From the NCBI RefSeq assembly GCF_006345805.1, contig NC_043006.1, forward strand, positions 86,552,001 to 86,616,000: DNA of 64,000 nucleotides. The letters run 5' to 3'. Position 1 is the stretch's first letter. Each line of letters begins with the position of its first letter. Positions 25,742 to 40,149 of this stretch are shown in pieces. The position numbers and the translations under genes were made by a program. Origin of the DNA: Octopus sinensis. Lineage: Eukaryota. Under the pieces are notes generated by a model. That model was not told the origin of the DNA, did no database searches, and saw nothing but the letters and a program-made list of their open reading frames with translations.

Positions 25742-26654
25742 TTGGTAATGTATTATCACAGATTTTATTATAGGCTTCTTTTTGCTTTTATTTAGTTTTT
25801 ACTTTGCTTTTTAACAAATTTTCCATTACGTAACTGATGCAATGCAACATTATAAATATGCAATTAAAGAGAAATAGATATTAAAAAAGGTAGTGGTTCC
25901 CAAACAGACATAGAAGGCACACAAAATAGTAGTGAATTTTTTTTGTCCTTCTCCCACTCTTTATTAATGAGAAGATAAAATAAAGTTTACATCTATATAA
26001 TTTGTCTTTCTATGTTATGGTATTAGACAAATTGGAAAAAAACTTCATTCTATTAAACATGGTAATTTCTCCAGTCTCTTTACTGTCATCAGAAATATCC
26101 CATCACCACCACCTTGTGAGAAACACTGAATTAAAGTTATGCCAACACATCAACTGTAAGCAATTTCAGCAAAATCTTTCTACAAATGCAGTTGTAAATT
26201 CTAAAGAAACATATCTACTATCATTATTATATTGTCTATGTAACTGTGTGTGTGTATGTGTATACAGTAGTGAGTTGTCTAAGTCATATCAATGAAAACA
26301 GCCTATGATATTCAGAGAGTTTAGTGATACTTATTGGTACTGTTAAGAACTTTCACACATATTGCCAAAGGGCCTGATTTGACTATCCATGCCATTACTC
26401 TTTCTTCTATTTATCTAAAACTTCAGAATCATAACAAAATCTGTAAACACTGAAGGCTGTGAATGAATTATTCCATTCATCAATGCCTATGACTTCTTGT
26501 GCCAATACTGTGTCAAATTCACAGAACCTGGGCAAAATCATAAGAATTTTAAAACCCAACCAAAACTGAAGTGGAGTAACATCATAAAGATTCCTCACCT
26601 TCTAAAATTCTAGAAGGCTCACTGTTGATATCCTTAAATTGCACATATCACTCT

Positions 26655-26752
26655 ACATCATCATCATCATTGTTTAACGTCCGCTTTCCATGCTAGCATG
26701 GGTTGGACAGTTCAACTGGAGTCTGGGAAGTCCGAAGGCTGCACCAGGCCAA
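26655..26752 (-). mobile_element. Short RTE tail fragment
   Basis: (CAT)n-tgtttaacgtccgctttccatgctagcatgggttggac. Confidence 0.85.
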
Positions 26753-26960
26753 AATCATATGTTGCGATTTGAGGAGATGGTTGTGTGGATTCATTCAGTT
26801 ATGCATTACACTGACAGAATATGTATAATTACTTTTGAAACATTACAGATAGGTTGATAAAGCAACCTTCATTTAATCATTTGCACAGTTAATCTGGTTA
26901 ATAATGTATAAAAGTGGAGAGAACAATAGGTTTTTGTATAAGGTACTGAGCTATGGAATA

Positions 26961-28152
26961 CACAAGGCGAAGTCAAAACTTATCCCCATTTTAGCCAGAG
27001 CTTTCTTTAGGCTGGCTACACTGCTTTCAGTGCTCACTTGCTAAAAGGTGGTACTCTTGTGGTTATGTAATCGAGGTTTGACTTTGATCACTCCAGTTTT
27101 CTTTCTTGTGTTACAGAGTGTTACATGGCCACTCTGTTGGAAGAACAGAAATCAATGATCCAATTTTTCTGGTCTGAAGGTGGATCAGTGCTAAACTTCA
27201 TCACAGAGTTTCAGTACAATATAGAAATATAGAAGGTGTATGAGTGGATCAAGAAGTTTTAAAATAGTCAGACAAACATGAAGCACAAAGAAGCAGGATG
27301 CCCATCAGCATCCACCACTGATGTGAAGATTCAATAAGCTCGAGAGATGGTTCAGGTGAACCAACAAGCGAGTTGGCCTGTTCTCTGCAAATTAGTCATG
27401 GTTCTGAATATGAAATCATCCACAGCAAGCTTTGCTTCTGTAAAGTCTGTGCGAGATGGATGTCAAGAGAGCTTACCAAAATGCTTCAGTGCAATCATGT
27501 GGAGATCTGTCAATGCTTACTCAACTGCTACAACAATGAAGGTAAAGCTTCTTTAGACAGAATAGTGACATGTGAGGAGACCTGGCTCCATCACTTTGAG
27601 ACAAATCCCAAAAGCAGAATATAGAATGGAAACAACTGGAATCACCAGTGTAAAAAAAATTCAAGACTCAAACTTCTATAGAAAATGTGATGCTAACTGT
27701 TTCTTTGAACAAAAATAGGCCTATACTGGAATATTACCTGGAAATATTGCACTAAATAACAAGGTCTGTTGTCAAAACAAACGTAATTGTTGCATGACTA
27801 TGCACACCCACATATGGCTGCCCATACCATTAAAACCATTAAAAAATATTGGGTTTTGAGTTGCTAGAACATTCCATATGTAGTTCAGATCTTTCCCTTT
27901 CTGACTATTACCTCTTTGGATCACTCAAATATCCTTTATGAGGTTGTTGATTCTCTACAGACAAAGAAGTGCAGGAAGTGGCACATAAATGGCTGTGTGA
28001 CCAGCCAAAAATCTTCTCTGATCAAATAAGCTTGAAGAAGTGTATTAAGGAATAAGGTGACTATATCAAAAAATCTTGTAACTGTTCAACCCCTGGGTTT
28101 GTTTAAATAAATTACAGAATCAAGAGTGCATATAAGTTTTGATTTAACCTCA
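26961..28152 (+). mobile_element. Full-length decayed mariner (~1.19 kb) with both TIRs
   Basis: CKVCARWMSRELT (WVPREL), IVTCEETWLHH and YSSDLSLSDYYLFG (YSPDL) motifs. Left end ACAAGGCGAAGTCAAAACTTAT matches the right-end reverse complement ATGAGGTTAAATCAAAACTTAT; TA flanks. Confidence 0.88.
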
Positions 28153-29399
28153 TATGATTATAAACTTTGAAATGTGACAGGTGTGTGCCATCCCCATACA
28201 ACCTACATATCTTACATTTAGTTAATATTGCCTCCATAAATAGAGGTAATATCTAGCTCCATAAATAGAAATAAGGAAAATATTGTGTATTAGGAACATA
28301 ATTTTTGCCACTTTCAACAGTGCAAATATTGTTCATAGCAAAACCTTGGGCAAAATGTAGCTGAAATCGATTAACATTTCAAGCTATTAGGTTTTGCATA
28401 AACTTATCTTCTCTCCTGGCAATCTCTCATTCATATATTAGCAAAAGCTACAATAAAAAACTGAAAAACTGCCCTTCATCTTTAGAGACAGAAAATATTT
28501 CTGCCCTGACCAACAAAATCATACAAAATCATATGAAACTTACAATATAATGCTGTTCTTACATTCTACTACTCACAGAAATATTCCATACCATTTCCCA
28601 AAAGAGGTGACCTAATTGATTCACAAGAGCTTATTCTGTTGCTATACACCAGCACCTGCACCTCGGAGCTAGCTAGTGTCTTACTTCTCCATCTATCACT
28701 CACATATCTACTCAGTCATTCCATATCTCCTGTTTCAGACTCTGTACCATCATATACAATCTTTCCTATCTGTAGATAATGTCCTAGATCTGTATTTTTG
28801 TTTAGTGAAACTTATTTAATATTTATAATATGGAAATATATGTCAAACATAGTTAGTGGTGCAAACTGTAAATATGGTTTGCCATACAGAAATATTTAAT
28901 AGCCATGCCATGCAGTATTTTTGTCTAATTGTATGTAATGCCTTAATTCTTTTAGAAGAATCTAAATGGTCACAGAAACAGAAATGTACACAAAACAGAT
29001 GTCATGACTTATTAAATAATAATAATAGTGAAAGGTATGGAAGTTTAGTCGTAGCCTTTGGAGATTTGTTATTTCATTTACCAGGGAGGAAAGAAATAAA
29101 GTGAACATGAATGTAGTTGAAAGTATTACAAGACCATATCAATCAAATTGCAGATAATTCCAGTGAGACAGTATCAATCAATAAGTCAATTTCAGATATG
29201 AGTTAGATTGAGATACAGAATTGTTTTGCTTTACTTTCAGTTGCAGGTGAAGCAGCAAGTAAGATAATATCAAAACTGATGAACCTTCAGTTGACGATTA
29301 CAGGATATTGATTACAGAATATTTATATATATTTGGTAGTTCCTCAAACTGCTAAAATGGGAACTGAGTTCAGTCATTCACGGGATAATATCAAATGAT

Positions 29400-29900
29400 A
29401 TTCTGAGTGTTATCTTTACCAACAATGCAAAATTGATGTGACTTTCAATGTTAGGAGAAAGCACACAGAAATCTCAACATGGCTTTCAGTAAAAACTACA
29501 AATATTGAAGGTAAACAAATACACTCGAAAAAAATCTGTAAATAAAACATGAGATGAGTGAGGGAATTATGATAAATCAATTTATTAATTAACCAGTCAG
29601 AGACAGAGAAATTGGGAAATCCATAAAAATACAGAGTTCTTTTGGTATTCTTCATATAAGGAAGGTATTGACTAAAATAAAACAATAAACTTAGAAGGAT
29701 ACCAGTTCACAGAGATGTTTATGGTGAAGATCTTCATTATGATACAGTACCTCTTCTGTGACTTAATGTTCAGTGGTGAATGATACAAACTGAACAGGAG
29801 TTAATGATTTACACCAAATTCATTGAAAATTCTCCTGGATCTAACAATAATTAATGGGCAATGAAGTTATCAAACAAAAAAAAAATGAAATCTTTCAAAG
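29400..29900 (+). mobile_element. Very decayed LINE RT relic (tentative)
   Basis: Weak peptide echoes (EKAHRNLNMAFS, VYGEDL) of RT domains 3 and 5. Confidence 0.3.
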
Positions 29901-30659
29901 TGCCAACCTAAACTCTATTATTAAGTTGTGGTTGTTACTGTTGTGCATGTCAGTTCTGATAAGTCAGACATATGACACAGATAGATGACTAAGTGATCAG
30001 ACAATTTACATGATGGTAGTCAACCAAATCACTAAGCACAACAAATACAGGCTCATTTTTCTAGTTGTACTATGTTTCTACCTAGCTGTGTCCCATACTG
30101 CCCAACCTGACATACAATGGTGAATTAACAGTTTAGATTGGTTTTACTCTCTCATGATTATTGCTATTCTAATTCTCTCTCTCTCTTAGTCAATTTCTAT
30201 ATTGTGACAGATTCCAGCTGTGGTAACTTCAGAAACAAGCAAAGGGACTCAGTTGGAGTACAACAATTACTGTTTGTCTGCTCTTTTTGTAGGTTGTGTG
30301 CACACAATGGCACATCTTCCAGTAATTACCATGGATGTCATCTTTAATCAGTGCTGGTAAAGAGCTTGGGTGGATGACGTTTAGATTTCATTTTGTGTTG
30401 TTCTTGTCATCTTTGCATGGTCTTCTCTCATAAGTGTGTTAGCTTAGCACAGTGTTTGGGTATGTCATTTTGACATGGGTGTGACAGAAGTTGTTTGTGT
30501 TGTTAATTACTCTATATGCAGGGTATTTACAGGTATTTGAGGATACTTATTTGTTACTCTCTTCAAACCAGTAAAAATGTCTTTATTTCTTTTACACACC
30601 CCATGGCAGATAAAATACTAACACAAATGAAAAGACATGCAGTCATTGTTGTTGTTATA

Positions 30660-31940
30660 CATGGTATCCCAGAAAAAATTTACCCATTGATATTTCTTAA
30701 TTATTCAAAATAAACTTAAGGTAGGATAATGGAATTTGGCACACATGTTCAAATGTAAATTGTCAATCCATTACTGTAATTACATTTCAAAATGACCACC
30801 TTTCACCTTGATCATAACCTGCAAATAAGTGGTCACTGAGTTGCATGAGCACCGTACCACCTCTTCATCCAACTTGAGCCATGAAAACAGAAGGACTTTC
30901 TTCAGATCGGACTCATTTAAATAGGAATGAGCAGAAACATCACTCTCTAAGATGGACCAGATAGCGAAGTTCATGGGATTGATGTCTGGACTCAAGGAAG
31001 GTCATATCGTCGTCTCAAAAACTGCTAAAATTCTCTTTGCACCACCTCAGTGTCAAATTGGATGTGTGGGCCAGATCCCTGCCTTGAGTAAAGATGTAAT
31101 GGTCATCAAAGGTTTCTGTGACCCAGGGTAACACAGTTTTATCCAACATTTCCACTGTTGATCTAGCATGACTGAAGATCAAAGGAGACTTGGTTCCATC
31201 AGACGCAACTGCAGCTCATATCATGAGTGAAGCTGGCTTCTGACAGCATAAATAACTCCTGCTACCTTCGGGCAAGTCTCCTGCATTATAGCATAAAGCT
31301 TGTCATTCTGCCCATTGGTAACTGTCTCCATGGTGAAGATCTTATCATTGGACCAGATCAACACATTTCTTAGCAATGCACTTAATCTCAGCTAACACGG
31401 TTTTACCCCTGCCAAGCTATTTCTTCTTGGAAGCTGCTGAAATTTGAAATTACCTGCTGGGATTGTTTCTTGTATGCAGTTATCTTTAAATCTCCTTTAA
31501 AATTCCTCTGCATTGACAATTTCAAAATATAAAGAGCTTTAGCAGATTTTCTTGCACTCCTGCAGGGATTTAGGTTCATTTGCTTCTTCAGAGCTTCAAC
31601 AGTTTGTTTTGTATGAATTTATAATTTCCTGCCAGGAATTGGCTTGCTAGAACTAGTAGTGGAATCCATATATCGTTTCCAGGTATTGAACTCTGTTTTA
31701 TGGCACACATTCAACTGTTATATCTTTGTTGCTCACTCCAGCTATTTTCAAAGTGACAATCTGGTCACATTTTGCTTTTGATACTATGTTTGTTTACAAA
31801 CCTGTCATAGACGAATGAAACAACAGGCACATGAGCAAAAGACATATGCAAATCTTTCTGTAAAATGTAGCTAATATTACCTGAACTGAAGTTCTTTAGG
31901 AAGAGTTTTAAATATGGTTAAATATTTCTGGAACACCCTG
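30660..31940 (-). mobile_element. Full-length decayed Tc1/mariner (maT/DD37D-like) element
   Basis: ORF SPDINPMNFAIWSILE...KVKGGHFE. TIRs TACATGGTATCCCAGAAAAAATTTACCC and (reverse complement) TACAGGGTGTTCCAGAAATATTTAACC with TA flanks. Confidence 0.85.
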
Positions 31941-31999
31941 TATGTATAGGACACAACTTTCCAAATGTTGTAAGATCTTTTATATACGAAATTTGAATG

Positions 32000-32700
32000 G
32001 AATTGGAAATTTCTTTTAAGAATGTTTCGACAGTATCAAAAAGGGAAACCATGTGATCTATTCTAAGAAGTTACTTATCAAAATTAAGGCCCTCATGGGT
32101 GTGATGTCTTAGTTCTTCTCTGATGATAAAAACTTTGACCAAGATCAAGCATCTAACAGGAAAATTGCCAGATGGCCACGTGGAAATTCTTCTGCCATTC
32201 CAGAGTGATACACACTAAGTTTTCAGCAACTGTGATGGTTTTAGAATTTGTAAGTGATGAAGGTCATGTTATATCACTTCACATTTTCCCCACAGGGTCT
32301 TAGAATTAATGTTGCTGGACATGCTGAGGTGCTGGAGACATTTGTTAAGCCTTGAATGGATGAAGTATGCAGTGGAAGGCCATACATGTTTCAACAAGAC
32401 TTAACACCTTTTCACAAAGCCCACATAAACTGAGTATGGATGTCAGACAATTTTTACAACCATGTACTACTAAATTTGTGGCCGCCAAACTCTCCAAATT
32501 TAAATCCTATGGACTACTGCAATTGGAACACTGTTGCAAGGGAGACTAGTTAACATCTTCACAATACTATAGCTTCACTAAAATGCAACATTGTCCAAGT
32601 GGGGTCAAAGCTTATGAAGGACATGTGTACACATTTTTATTTAAATATATTTGCTTGTTGCTTTATTAAATTATCAAATGTATTTTCAGGTACCTCTTGC
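32000..32700 (+). mobile_element. maT/DD37D-like transposase 3' fragment
   Basis: FFSDDKNFDQDQ, HTKFSATVMV, PYMFQQD and PPNSPNLNPMDY motifs with stops. Confidence 0.8.
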
Positions 32701-32741
32701 ACCTTTTACTTTATAAGCAAACATGTTGAAAATGAATTCTT

Positions 32742-33140
32742 GGGCACAGACATGGTTGTGTGGTAAAACGTTTGCTTTACAACCATGTCCAGTCCCACAG
32801 TGTGGTATCTTGGGCAAGTGTCTTCAATTATAGCCATGGACTGGCCAAAGCGTTGTGAGTGGATTTGGTAGACAGAAAGCGGAAGAAGCCCATCGTGTGT
32901 GTGTGGTGTGTGTGTGTGGTGTGTGTGTGTGTGTGGTGTGTGTGTGTGTGTATTTCTCCCCACCATCGCTTGACAACCAATGTTGGTATGTTTACATCCC
33001 TGTAACTTAGAGGTTCAGCAAAAGAGTCCAATAGAATAAGTACCAAGTTTTAAAAAAAGTACTAGGACTGATTCATTTGACTAGAATTCCTCAAGGCAGT
33101 GCCCCAGTATGGCCTCAATCTAATGACTGAAACAAGTAAA
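32742..33140 (+). mobile_element. tRNA-SINE family A, full length
   Basis: Collinear with other family A copies; the spacer here is (GT)n/GGT. Confidence 0.88.
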
Positions 33141-34455
33141 ACTTAGAAGAAAGAGAAAAATTTCAACAATGTAATGGTGGACTTAGTCAAATGATTGGTT
33201 GAGCATCCCTATTTAACACTTTAGGGTGCTTCTGATGGAGTCCCCTCCATTGCAAGCATTCAGGCCAGGCCACTGACCAGTGGCTTATATTTTTTCTTGA
33301 CCACATATTTATATCTAGTATGCATCAATACAAATATATGTTGATACTAATTTAACAGTTGTTTTCCATGTTGTTGGCATCTCTGAACAATTTCTCTTTT
33401 AAACAGTTCTTTTACATACAAATACACAATTTTGCACATTTGCTTAGTCATTCAATTATCACAATGCTGAGCTAACAATATCAGAATAAGGCATGTCTGA
33501 AGTGTCTTCTATTCTTACTAGATAATAGTAAAATAATATTAGTCATTAAATTAATATCATGTTTTACTCCGTACATATTTATTCCTAGCTAACCTTTTAC
33601 CACCCTGAGTATTATACATGTTAACACTAACTTATACCTATGTATGGGCTGGGCTTTTTATTTGGTAATAGCTTTTAAATTCAGCAGGCCAGAAGTGAAA
33701 TAATTGTATATCCATGTTATATATTGAACTATTATAAAATAGTATACACTGAACTGGAGCATTGGTGATGGACATTTCGTAATTGAAGCAAGGGTTGTTG
33801 TTTTGCTGAAATGGTGAAATGATTTTGTTGACAGAGAAACAATTTATTATTGGCATGTTAAGTTCATATTTAGTTTGAAGTTAACATCAACCAAACATTT
33901 GATATTTGATCTCTTCCTGAATGCAGATTCATTTTATTTGTTTCCAGTTTATTTACCGAGTAATTCTATGTTTTTATTTTCCTATTTTCAAATTTTATCA
34001 AATAATTGGATTGAATAACAAAGCAAATTCTGATGGGGATTTAGCTTTGAATTGTTGGAAGTTACATATAAACTGTTTCATATGTATATATATATATATA
34101 TATATGCATGTATGTATAATGATGTATCTTGTTCTTCAATTTGCGAGAACAACTTAACAACTTACATTCATGTTTGCAATAAAGTATTGCATAGCAGCAA
34201 CTATATAACATGTAGTAGTAGTAGTAATACTTCCATACATACATATATATATATATAAGCATTTAGACTAGTTCTCTGTTCTGAAAATAACTTCCTCCCG
34301 TTAGTCTCTGAGTTTTCAAAATCAGAATCATGGGCTCTGGCATTCCTGGGCTTCATTCAAACATTAAGTCTCCCTCTATCTTTTTCTGTAACACACACAC
34401 ACACACACATATATATCATTATCATCATCATCGTTTAACGTCCGTTTTCTATGCT

Positions 34456-34497
<42 letters not shown>

Positions 34498-35231
34498 GAG
34501 AGAGAGAGAGAGAGAGAGAGAGTGTGTGTGTGTTTTAAGTGGTGTATATATACATACGTGTGTGTGGTCTACTATATACAGGCAAACTTTGAATAGAGAA
34601 AGAACAAAGTTTGACAAGTAATGGTGTTAGTTTAATGTGTGAGAAATTGAAATGGCGTGTCTGCATATTTCAGAAGATAGTCCTTCATAAGAAGAAAAAG
34701 AGAGAGACGAGGAGAGAGAAATAAAGTGTTATGGTGGGAAAATATTGAAAAGGTAAAAAAAATAATAAATGAGGGTGAAACAATGCTCAAGGAAGAAGGT
34801 ATGGAAACCAAGGAGGATGCTATTTTATAATCATTCTTATCACTAAGAGTGTAATTTTAATTAAAAATTAAACAATAGGCTTACAACATCAACTATGCTA
34901 GCACCCATTTTGCTATTATATTGTCATACAGCAGGAAACCCTGTGTATTTCACTCCACTCCACATGTATGTCTGTCTGTTTGAGTCTGTATATGTGTCTA
35001 CTCTTCTTTTTGAAGTCATTTGTATGCTGTGTGAAAACAAGGTCACTATTCATACATGGCCAGTTACTGAACCCTCTGTGCCTCAAGGGCTATGTTTAAT
35101 ATCATTTTACTTGGAAATAGATTAGAGTTGGCAACAAGAAGAATATTTGGCTATAGGAAATCTGCCAGCATGAAAGTGTGGTTGTCAAAACTATGATACT
35201 GATGCTACTGCTGCTGATATATATATATATA

Positions 35232-35815
35232 TAGGTTGGATGGCTTGACCAGGACTGGTAAGATGGAATGCTGCAACAGACTCCAATCTGATTTGGCATG
35301 ATTTTCTATGGCTGGATGCCCTTCCTAATGCCAACCACTCCAAGAGTATAATAGGTGCTTTCACATGCCACCGGCATGGGTGCCAATTGCGTGACACTGG
35401 TATCAGCTACAACTACCATTTTGTTTGGCTTGATGGGTCTTCTTCTCAAGCACAACATAATGCCAAAGGTCTTGGTAATTGCCTCTGTGAGGCCCAACAC
35501 TAGAAAGGAACTCAGCCACTTTGCCTCTGTGAGGCCTGAGGCTCCAACGATGCTTTTACATGCCACCAGAAAGCATGTCAGTTACATGACACCAATATAT
35601 GCCATGACTATGATTTCCCTTGGCTTGATGAGTCCTCTCAAGCACAGTATATCGCCAAAGGTCTCGGTCACTAGTCATTGCCTCTGTGAGGCTCAAAATT
35701 CAAAGATCTTGCTTCAGCACTTCATCCCATGTCTTCCTTGGTCTACCTCTACAACTGGTTCCCTCCATGGTTAGAGATCGGCACTTATATACACAATTGT
35801 CCTTGTCTAGATGTA
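35232..35815 (-). mobile_element. RTE LINE 3' end (ORF end plus UTR) with an internal duplication
   Basis: Minus strand reads CRSLTMEGTSCRGRPRKTWDEVLKQDL...DRDLWRYTVL. The gccaaaggtct...ttgcctctgtgagg block occurs twice. Confidence 0.85.
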
Positions 35816-36289
35816 GGGCTGGATTAAGACCCATCGAGGCCCTAAGCACCCCCATAAAAGATTATCTAATCCAAAATATAAGCAATAACAAATCATAAAA
35901 TAAATTTCTATTTTTCAAAACAAAACAAAACAGTAAGAGGGAAAATAATGTTTATTTTTGCATATTTCTACTTATTTATTTATATTTGAGAAGTTACCTC
36001 CTACCTTTTTGAATTGCAAAGTCTTTGATCAGACTCTCAAAATTAATCTTAGATAACACACCTGCAACTATACTTTGTAGAGATAAAGGCATCCCGAATA
36101 TTATTTAAACAAGTTTAAAGGGATTTCTTTTCTGCCGTGAACCATTTACCATTTCTGTGATGTCCCCTCCTTCCCTTGATGCCCTAATCACATGCTTATT
36201 TTGCTTAATGGTTAATCCAGCGCTGTCTATATGCATCACATGACCATACCAGTGCAGTTTTCTCTATCAATAAATATATAAACATATAA

Positions 36290-37444
36290 CCAAAAATAAA
36301 TAAATTAGTCCATTAGTATATAAATATCATAAATATCTATAGAATATATTTATGAAATACAATTTAAAAATTAAAAATCAAATTAAAAACGTATAACCTA
36401 TCTTTAAAAAATCGTATGACTATTTTATGATCTATATACCACAGTGACTAACAATTTACATACAGTTATAATGATTAATATATACTAATAATAATTAAAT
36501 AAATATATACATATCTAAATTATCATAAACAACTAAAATAATTATAGATTCAAATTTAACAATCAATAGTTAAAATAAAATTTCTTGAATAAAAAAGTTT
36601 ACTTAACTCTCCAAAACCATGTCATTAACTAAAATTTCAAAATGGTAAACGTCTTTTTAAGCGTTTATAAGAAAACTTGTGGAATTACCTTATTAACAGA
36701 AATGGAATAAACAGATGGAAAAATTCTTTTCACAATGAAAATTACAAATATATTTTATCAATGAAAACTACAAATATATTTTAGCTTTGATAGATAAAGA
36801 GAACAAAGTCACTAATAGAGAATATAATCACTATACTCTATAATATCTTTCACTATAAACCTAAAATTTATAATGAACTACAATAAATTATACTCGAACT
36901 CTATAAATTAAAATAATTTATATAACTACTATTTACTGTATATTCTCTAATAATCTTATACAAATTAATTTATTTCAAATATATAAATATATATAAAAAA
37001 TATGGTTACGTTGGAGTCAAATCTTTATTTAAATAAAACAACTTTTAGACACATTCAATATTAACTCAGTAGTAATTCAATCATTATCTATATTATGACC
37101 ACTAATTAATAAACTAAATTAATTAAAAAACTATAATGTAATCAAAATTCATTAATATAATATTAATTAATTAAATAAACATCTAAATAAATCTACTTCG
37201 AAATATGTAATATAAATACATTTTAATTAATACAAAAACATTTTGATTAATATAAAATTTAATTGTAGCCATGAAACGTACGTAGATTTTTTAATTAATA
37301 TATTATAAATTGATCATTCATTTTTATACTTTTTGAGATCTAGTTGTAAGGTATATGTTTTATAGAAATATATATTATTTGTTATTTATGTATTGGTTTA
37401 TGTCTGTCACTGTTTGAGTTGCATGATAATGGTTTTATGTCTAA

Positions 37445-37460
<16 letters not shown>
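36290..37460. repeat. Second extremely AT-rich island, homologous to 13780-15660
   Basis: The reverse complement of 36361-36460 aligns to 13925-14020 and 14110-14215. gccatgaaac.tac.tag (37268 vs 15429) and ggttttat.tctaattta (37432 vs 15646) align in direct orientation. Confidence 0.6.
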
Positions 37461-37475
<15 letters not shown>

Positions 37476-37530
37476 CTAGTAGTGTATCCTGACATTGCCC
37501 AGGTGTTATGACACACAGCCATATTGTATT
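37476..37530 (-). mobile_element. Helitron 3' terminus fragment
   Basis: Minus strand CCTGGGCAATGTCAGG hairpin, 8-nt spacer, then CTAG|T. Confidence 0.6.
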
Positions 37531-37534
37531 ATTT

Positions 37535-37893
37535 GTTCCTTTCTCATGGGCAGGATCAGCACAGCTGATATTTAGTGAACTGATTACGATGACGAGGGTT
37601 CCAGTTGATCCAATCAATGGAACAGCCTGCTTGTGAAATTAATGTGCAAGTGGCTGAGCACTCCACAGACACGTGTACCCTTAATGTAGTTCTTGGGGAG
37701 ATTCAGCATGACACAGAGTGTGACAAGGCAGGCTTTTCGAAATGCAGGTACAATAGAAACAGGAAGAACGAGTGAGAGAAAGTTGTGGGGAAAGAGTACA
37801 GCAGGGTTCACCACCACTTAATAAACACTCACAATGTCTGATCTGGGAATCGAAACCGCAATCCTACAACCACAAGTTCGCTACCCTAACCAC

Positions 37894-37895
<2 letters not shown>
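37535..37895 (-). mobile_element. tRNA-SINE family D copy
   Basis: Minus strand begins agtggttagggtagcg...ggtttcgattcccag (A and B boxes); body is unrelated to families A-C. Confidence 0.7.
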
Positions 37896-37941
<46 letters not shown>

Positions 37942-38303
37942 TACATACATACACACACACACACACATATAAGTTTAGGTTTGCCATAAGGTTCTTCTGT
38001 CAGACTCTGTAATAGTTTCAGATTACACAATAGAACTGACATATTGTTTGGCAAATGTCCTCATGGATGATTCATAAATATTTTCCGCATATGATGCTTT
38101 CATAGTGAGTTACTACCCTGAGTACTAGTCATTTTGAAGTGACTGTTGATCAGTCTTGAAACATGCAAATCAGTAAAAAAAAAACCAGTGTTGAAATGAA
38201 AGAAATTGTACCAAGAGCCTGACAAAGCAATACAAGGGTCTTTATAGCCAATTGCTTATGCTTCGTACAAAATTTAAAAGAAGCACATTACTGAAATTTT
38301 ATA

Positions 38304-38373
38304 AAAAGGTAGAAAGTAGCTCAGAGCCATTCCAGTACATAAAAAGGTAGAAAGTAGCTCAGAGCCATTCCAG
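38304..38373. repeat. 33-bp direct duplication
   Basis: aaaaaggtagaaagtagctcagagccattccag occurs at 38304 and 38341. Confidence 0.9.
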
Positions 38374-38999
38374 CCATTCTTGATAATAATTGAACACAAA
38401 TAGATGACATGAAATTTATATGTGAAAACATTCTGATATTATGTATCATTTCAAATACTAAGGTAATAAAAATTGTTTACCTTTTTCTAATTTAGAGTAA
38501 CAGGTATTTTTTAATACCATGATGACCGGTGGGTTTGATAGGTGCGTTTTGTTACTGTTACGCAATCAAAAAGATCAACTTATCACAGCAGTGACAGATT
38601 AATTGATTCCGGGTAATCTCTATTGTTGTAGCTTTAAAAATCAATGTTAGTGTTGTCAACATTGTACATGAAGTACTGGACCAGAGCCTAGAGTTGGGTT
38701 ACAAAGAATAATGCCTAATGAAGTATCAGGTGGAAATGATATTTCTATCAAAATTCTAGAATATGCTGTAATTATTTTGTGACAAGATGATTGCAAATAA
38801 CTGACAGCTGATGATTGCAGGATTATCTGTTCTTTAATGGCAAAGATAGGGAATTCACAGAATGGTGGATGCCATATTAAATGTTAAATAGCATTTAGTG
38901 GGGTTGTTTTGGTGGTGGGAGTATAAAGATTTAACTAGAGGGAAAGGACAGTGTCCATTACTTTTACATGCTCACCACGACTGATGAGATCGATATTGT

Positions 39000-39710
39000 T
39001 GACATTTTGTATGTTTGAAAATCAGTAAATCAATACCTTGAGTGGTACATCATCTGAGTCATTAGTTAGATAACGTGCTTTGAGAAATTTGTTCTGACAC
39101 TTTGTGATCTAAGTTCAAATAATGCTGTATTCTATTCCAGTTTTTGACAAAGCAATCAGGGTGACCACATGTTACAAGACTGACAAATATCAAGGAATGA
39201 TGTTTGTAGAGGCCACAGCCCATGGAGAACTAGGACCAAATATTTAGGAATGCTTTGAAGGAGATCAAATTCAGCATTAAGATTGTTGAAAAGCCAGGGA
39301 GCTCCATCAGATCACAATTATGTAGGTTGTGCCACTTTGAGAATACCACATGCACCAATGAGAACTGCATGGTATATAGTATTAATCCTGGAATTAACTG
39401 TAGAAGTAGACATGTAGTGTGCAAAATAAGGTGCATAGAGGGTGCTTGTAGAGACAAAAACATGACATATATTGGTAAGACATCTAGAAACATTGCGGAG
39501 AGACTAAATGAACATTAGAGGCAATATGATGACAAAAAACAGTTCTTCATACTCTACCAACATGCCAAAGACCAATATGGAGGCACACTGGGTCGACTTG
39601 ACATTCACATTTTATCCGAGCACCCAATGGACCTAACACTCAGACATATACAGAAGTACGTCCTCATAAATGAAACATCCCCAGTACTAAATAGGAGATA
39701 TATGTAGAAG
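39000..39710 (+). mobile_element. Penelope-like element GIY-YIG endonuclease fragment
   Basis: ORF 39255-39518 ...CRSRHVVCKIRCIEGAC...TYIGKTSRNIAERLNEH, the YIGxTxRxLxxRxxEH motif. Confidence 0.85.
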
Positions 39711-40149
39711 GTAGTGATATCCCAATATCCACAGTTTATACATATACAGGTAGATTTGTTAGTAGGGTGTCATGTAGACATATATATATATATATATATA
39801 TATATGTCTACATATACACACACAGACACACACACACATACATACATACATATATATATAAGTAAATGGATATGTAAGTAAACAGATAAACAAGCAGATA
39901 GATAGGTGCATAGGTAATACGGACAGACAGGCACACCCACAAACACATACATACATACACAAAAGTAGACTGAAACACATGACCATATACAAATGCACAC
40001 TTCATACACACACAAGGACACATATGGAAACACGCATCCATACATAACAGATGTACGTACATAGTCATACAAACCCATACACATAGAAACACTTCAACAT
40101 GCATGCACAAAGAGACTGAGGTACACACACGCAGACACAGAAACACGAA

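Noticed and set aside
29241-29258. 18-nt plus-strand microexon candidate (tttcag|...|gtaaga)
   Set aside because: Antisense to the host gene, lies in decayed TE-like sequence and has no partner exons.
34932-34965. 34-nt plus-strand exon candidate (GNPVYFTPLH)
   Set aside because: Isolated, with moderate splice sites and no recognisable homology.
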